From: a virus
Reading direction: 5' to 3' (one strand)
Length of the DNA: 64,000 nucleotides
IMG/VR virus record: IMGVR_UViG_3300017917_001172
Coordinates: 1-64,000 of that record
In this document: positions 63,000 through 64,000 of the stretch, piece after piece
Position numbering within the stretch: the stretch's first letter is position 1
How the letters are laid out: every line of letters starts with the position of its first letter
Translations under genes and position numbers: made by a program
The notes under the pieces: generated by a model
Seen by the model: only the letters and a program-made list of their open reading frames with translations
Database searches by the model: none
Told to the model about the DNA's origin: nothing

Positions 63000-63037
63000 A
63001 TGTTTATTTATCACCAGTTAGTTACAGTTAAGTGAAG

Positions 63038-63238
63038 TTAGATAGGAGTTTCTTTTGTTAATGCTGTTCGTGCAAACCAAAGCCTAAACCAAGCATCTGT
63101 GCCAGGCTCTATCTTGCGTTCTTGCTGTATAGCAGCCTTCTCAGTGCCAGTCATGCTGATGTTGCTGCCCACTTGCACTGGGCTCATGCTGGCAAGATTC
63201 TTTATCCCAGCTAACGCTCTGAGAGTATCGATATCCAT
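63038..63238 (-). CDS. conserved hypothetical protein
   Basis: L..LAGI, I.PGT..WF.LWF. Confidence 0.65.
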   Translation of the reverse strand: MDIDTLRALAGIKNLASMSPVQVGSNISMTGTEKAAIQQERKIEPGTDAWFRLWFARTALTKETPI

Positions 63239-63615
63239 CAGACGCCGTACTTGTTCTTCTTCTTAGCTGCTACAGGGCTGACAGAATTAGTGTCTTCAGC
63301 TTCTTGGCTGCGCATGTCGCCGTGGTTGAGATCTTCGTGATCAGCACCTACTGTGTTATAGGCATGCCTTAGCATCTCATGTTCAATGTCACTGTAAGGA
63401 TGTGCGCTCTTCTTCTTGCCTATCCAGCTCTTAGCGTCCATCTCTATGGGATTGATGCCATCGGCACAGGCCAGCGCAAGGCTAAGCCTGTACATGGTAT
63501 AATCGCTGTTCATCTTCTCGTTGTCAGAATAGAGATGGAGACCACGTGTAGCACGTTGCTGATCGCTTGGCATCTTGCCTTGCTTAGCTTCGTTTATGAA
63601 CTCCTTGGCGCGCAT
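63238..63615 (-). CDS. hypothetical (probable internal head) protein
   Basis: internal ATG MRAKEFINEA overlapping upstream stop. Confidence 0.65.
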   Translation of the reverse strand: MRAKEFINEAKQGKMPSDQQRATRGLHLYSDNEKMNSDYTMYRLSLALACADGINPIEMDAKSWIGKKKSAHPYSDIEHEMLRHAYNTVGADHEDLNHGDMRSQEAEDTNSVSPVAAKKKNKYGV

Positions 63616-64000
63616 CACACAATCTTTGAGACTGGCTTCTTGGACCACATCCTGCATGACCAGTAGCCAGCCTTAGTGCGATCCTTCTTGTCAGAGCAGT
63701 TGTGGCGAGCGCGGAAGTTCTTCCTGCGAGCTGGGTTGTCGCGCTTGATCTCCATGTTCTTGTCACCAAAGTTGACCTTCTTAACGTTACCACTCTTGGG
63801 ATCACGCACATAGACCTTGTACTTCTTGACGTCACCCGACATTGGCTTGCCTAGCTTAACATCGCGACCTTGATATTCTGCTTCATCGACCTTGTTCATC
63901 TTTTTTAGCTTAGCGATCTTTGTTCTGATTGCATCTAGCTCTTGGCTAAGTGGATCATTCAATCCTACTTTACCACCTTGCTTAACAATGCTGTCGATCT
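63615..64000 (-). CDS. partial basic protein (5' end beyond window)
   Basis: frame open to window edge; FGD..M.I....P.RRK.FRARH.C......AGYWSC. Confidence 0.7.
   Translation of the reverse strand, partial: IDSIVKQGGKVGLNDPLSQELDAIRTKIAKLKKMNKVDEAEYQGRDVKLGKPMSGDVKKYKVYVRDPKSGNVKKVNFGDKNMEIKRDNPARRKNFRARHNCSDKKDRTKAGYWSCRMWSKKPVSKIV

Noticed and set aside
193-63835. Numerous short opposite-strand or alternate-frame ORFs in the six-frame track
   Set aside because: They are shadows of well-supported genes, without RBS or motifs
1-64000. Stop-codon reassignment suggested by frequent TAG trinucleotides
   Set aside because: Conserved genes are full length in the standard code, and TAG is used as a real stop (e.g. 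tilS)
1-64000. Prophage or bacterial chromosome origin because of kdsA, kdsB, deoD, tilS and ssrA
   Set aside because: These genes are interleaved with T4-like core genes and phage-type promoters; no integrase, att site or host-like operon context

Overview
This window is a 64-kb segment of a large, T4-like (myovirus-type) lytic phage genome, with most genes on the minus strand. The host is very probably an alphaproteobacterium (likely Hyphomicrobiales/Rhizobiales). Evidence for this is a two-piece permuted tmRNA with an ANDN...LAA tag plus DUF992, Usg, DUF3008 and an L,D-transpeptidase. Core modules are nrdA/nrdB/glutaredoxin, gp41-like helicase, primase, clamp-loader small subunit, UvsW/UvsX/UvsY, gp32 SSB, large terminase, PAAR and other virion proteins. 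Accessory content: (1) a translation island with tRNA-Ile2(CAU), a minimal TilS and tmRNA; (2) a ~14-kb glycan island with KdsA, KdsB, three KpsS/KpsC-like paralogues, other glycosyltransferases, a methyltransferase-sulfotransferase fusion and a NodU-like carbamoyltransferase, partly behind late-type promoters, which is the best candidate for an undescribed system (a phage-built, decorated Kdo glycan); (3) a 189-aa miniature DnaE-like polymerase; (4) an Ate/Bpt-like aminoacyl-transferase cassette; (5) two early-gene islands built from repeated TAAGTCATTGA + sigma70-promoter cassettes; (6) cis-RNA elements, including a 3'-UTR hairpin loop complementary to its own gene's RBS and a structured gp32 leader; (7) many apparently leaderless late genes. 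All product calls come from motif recognition by eye; no database search was run. Some starts were moved to internal ATG/GTG codons with better RBS or promoter context.
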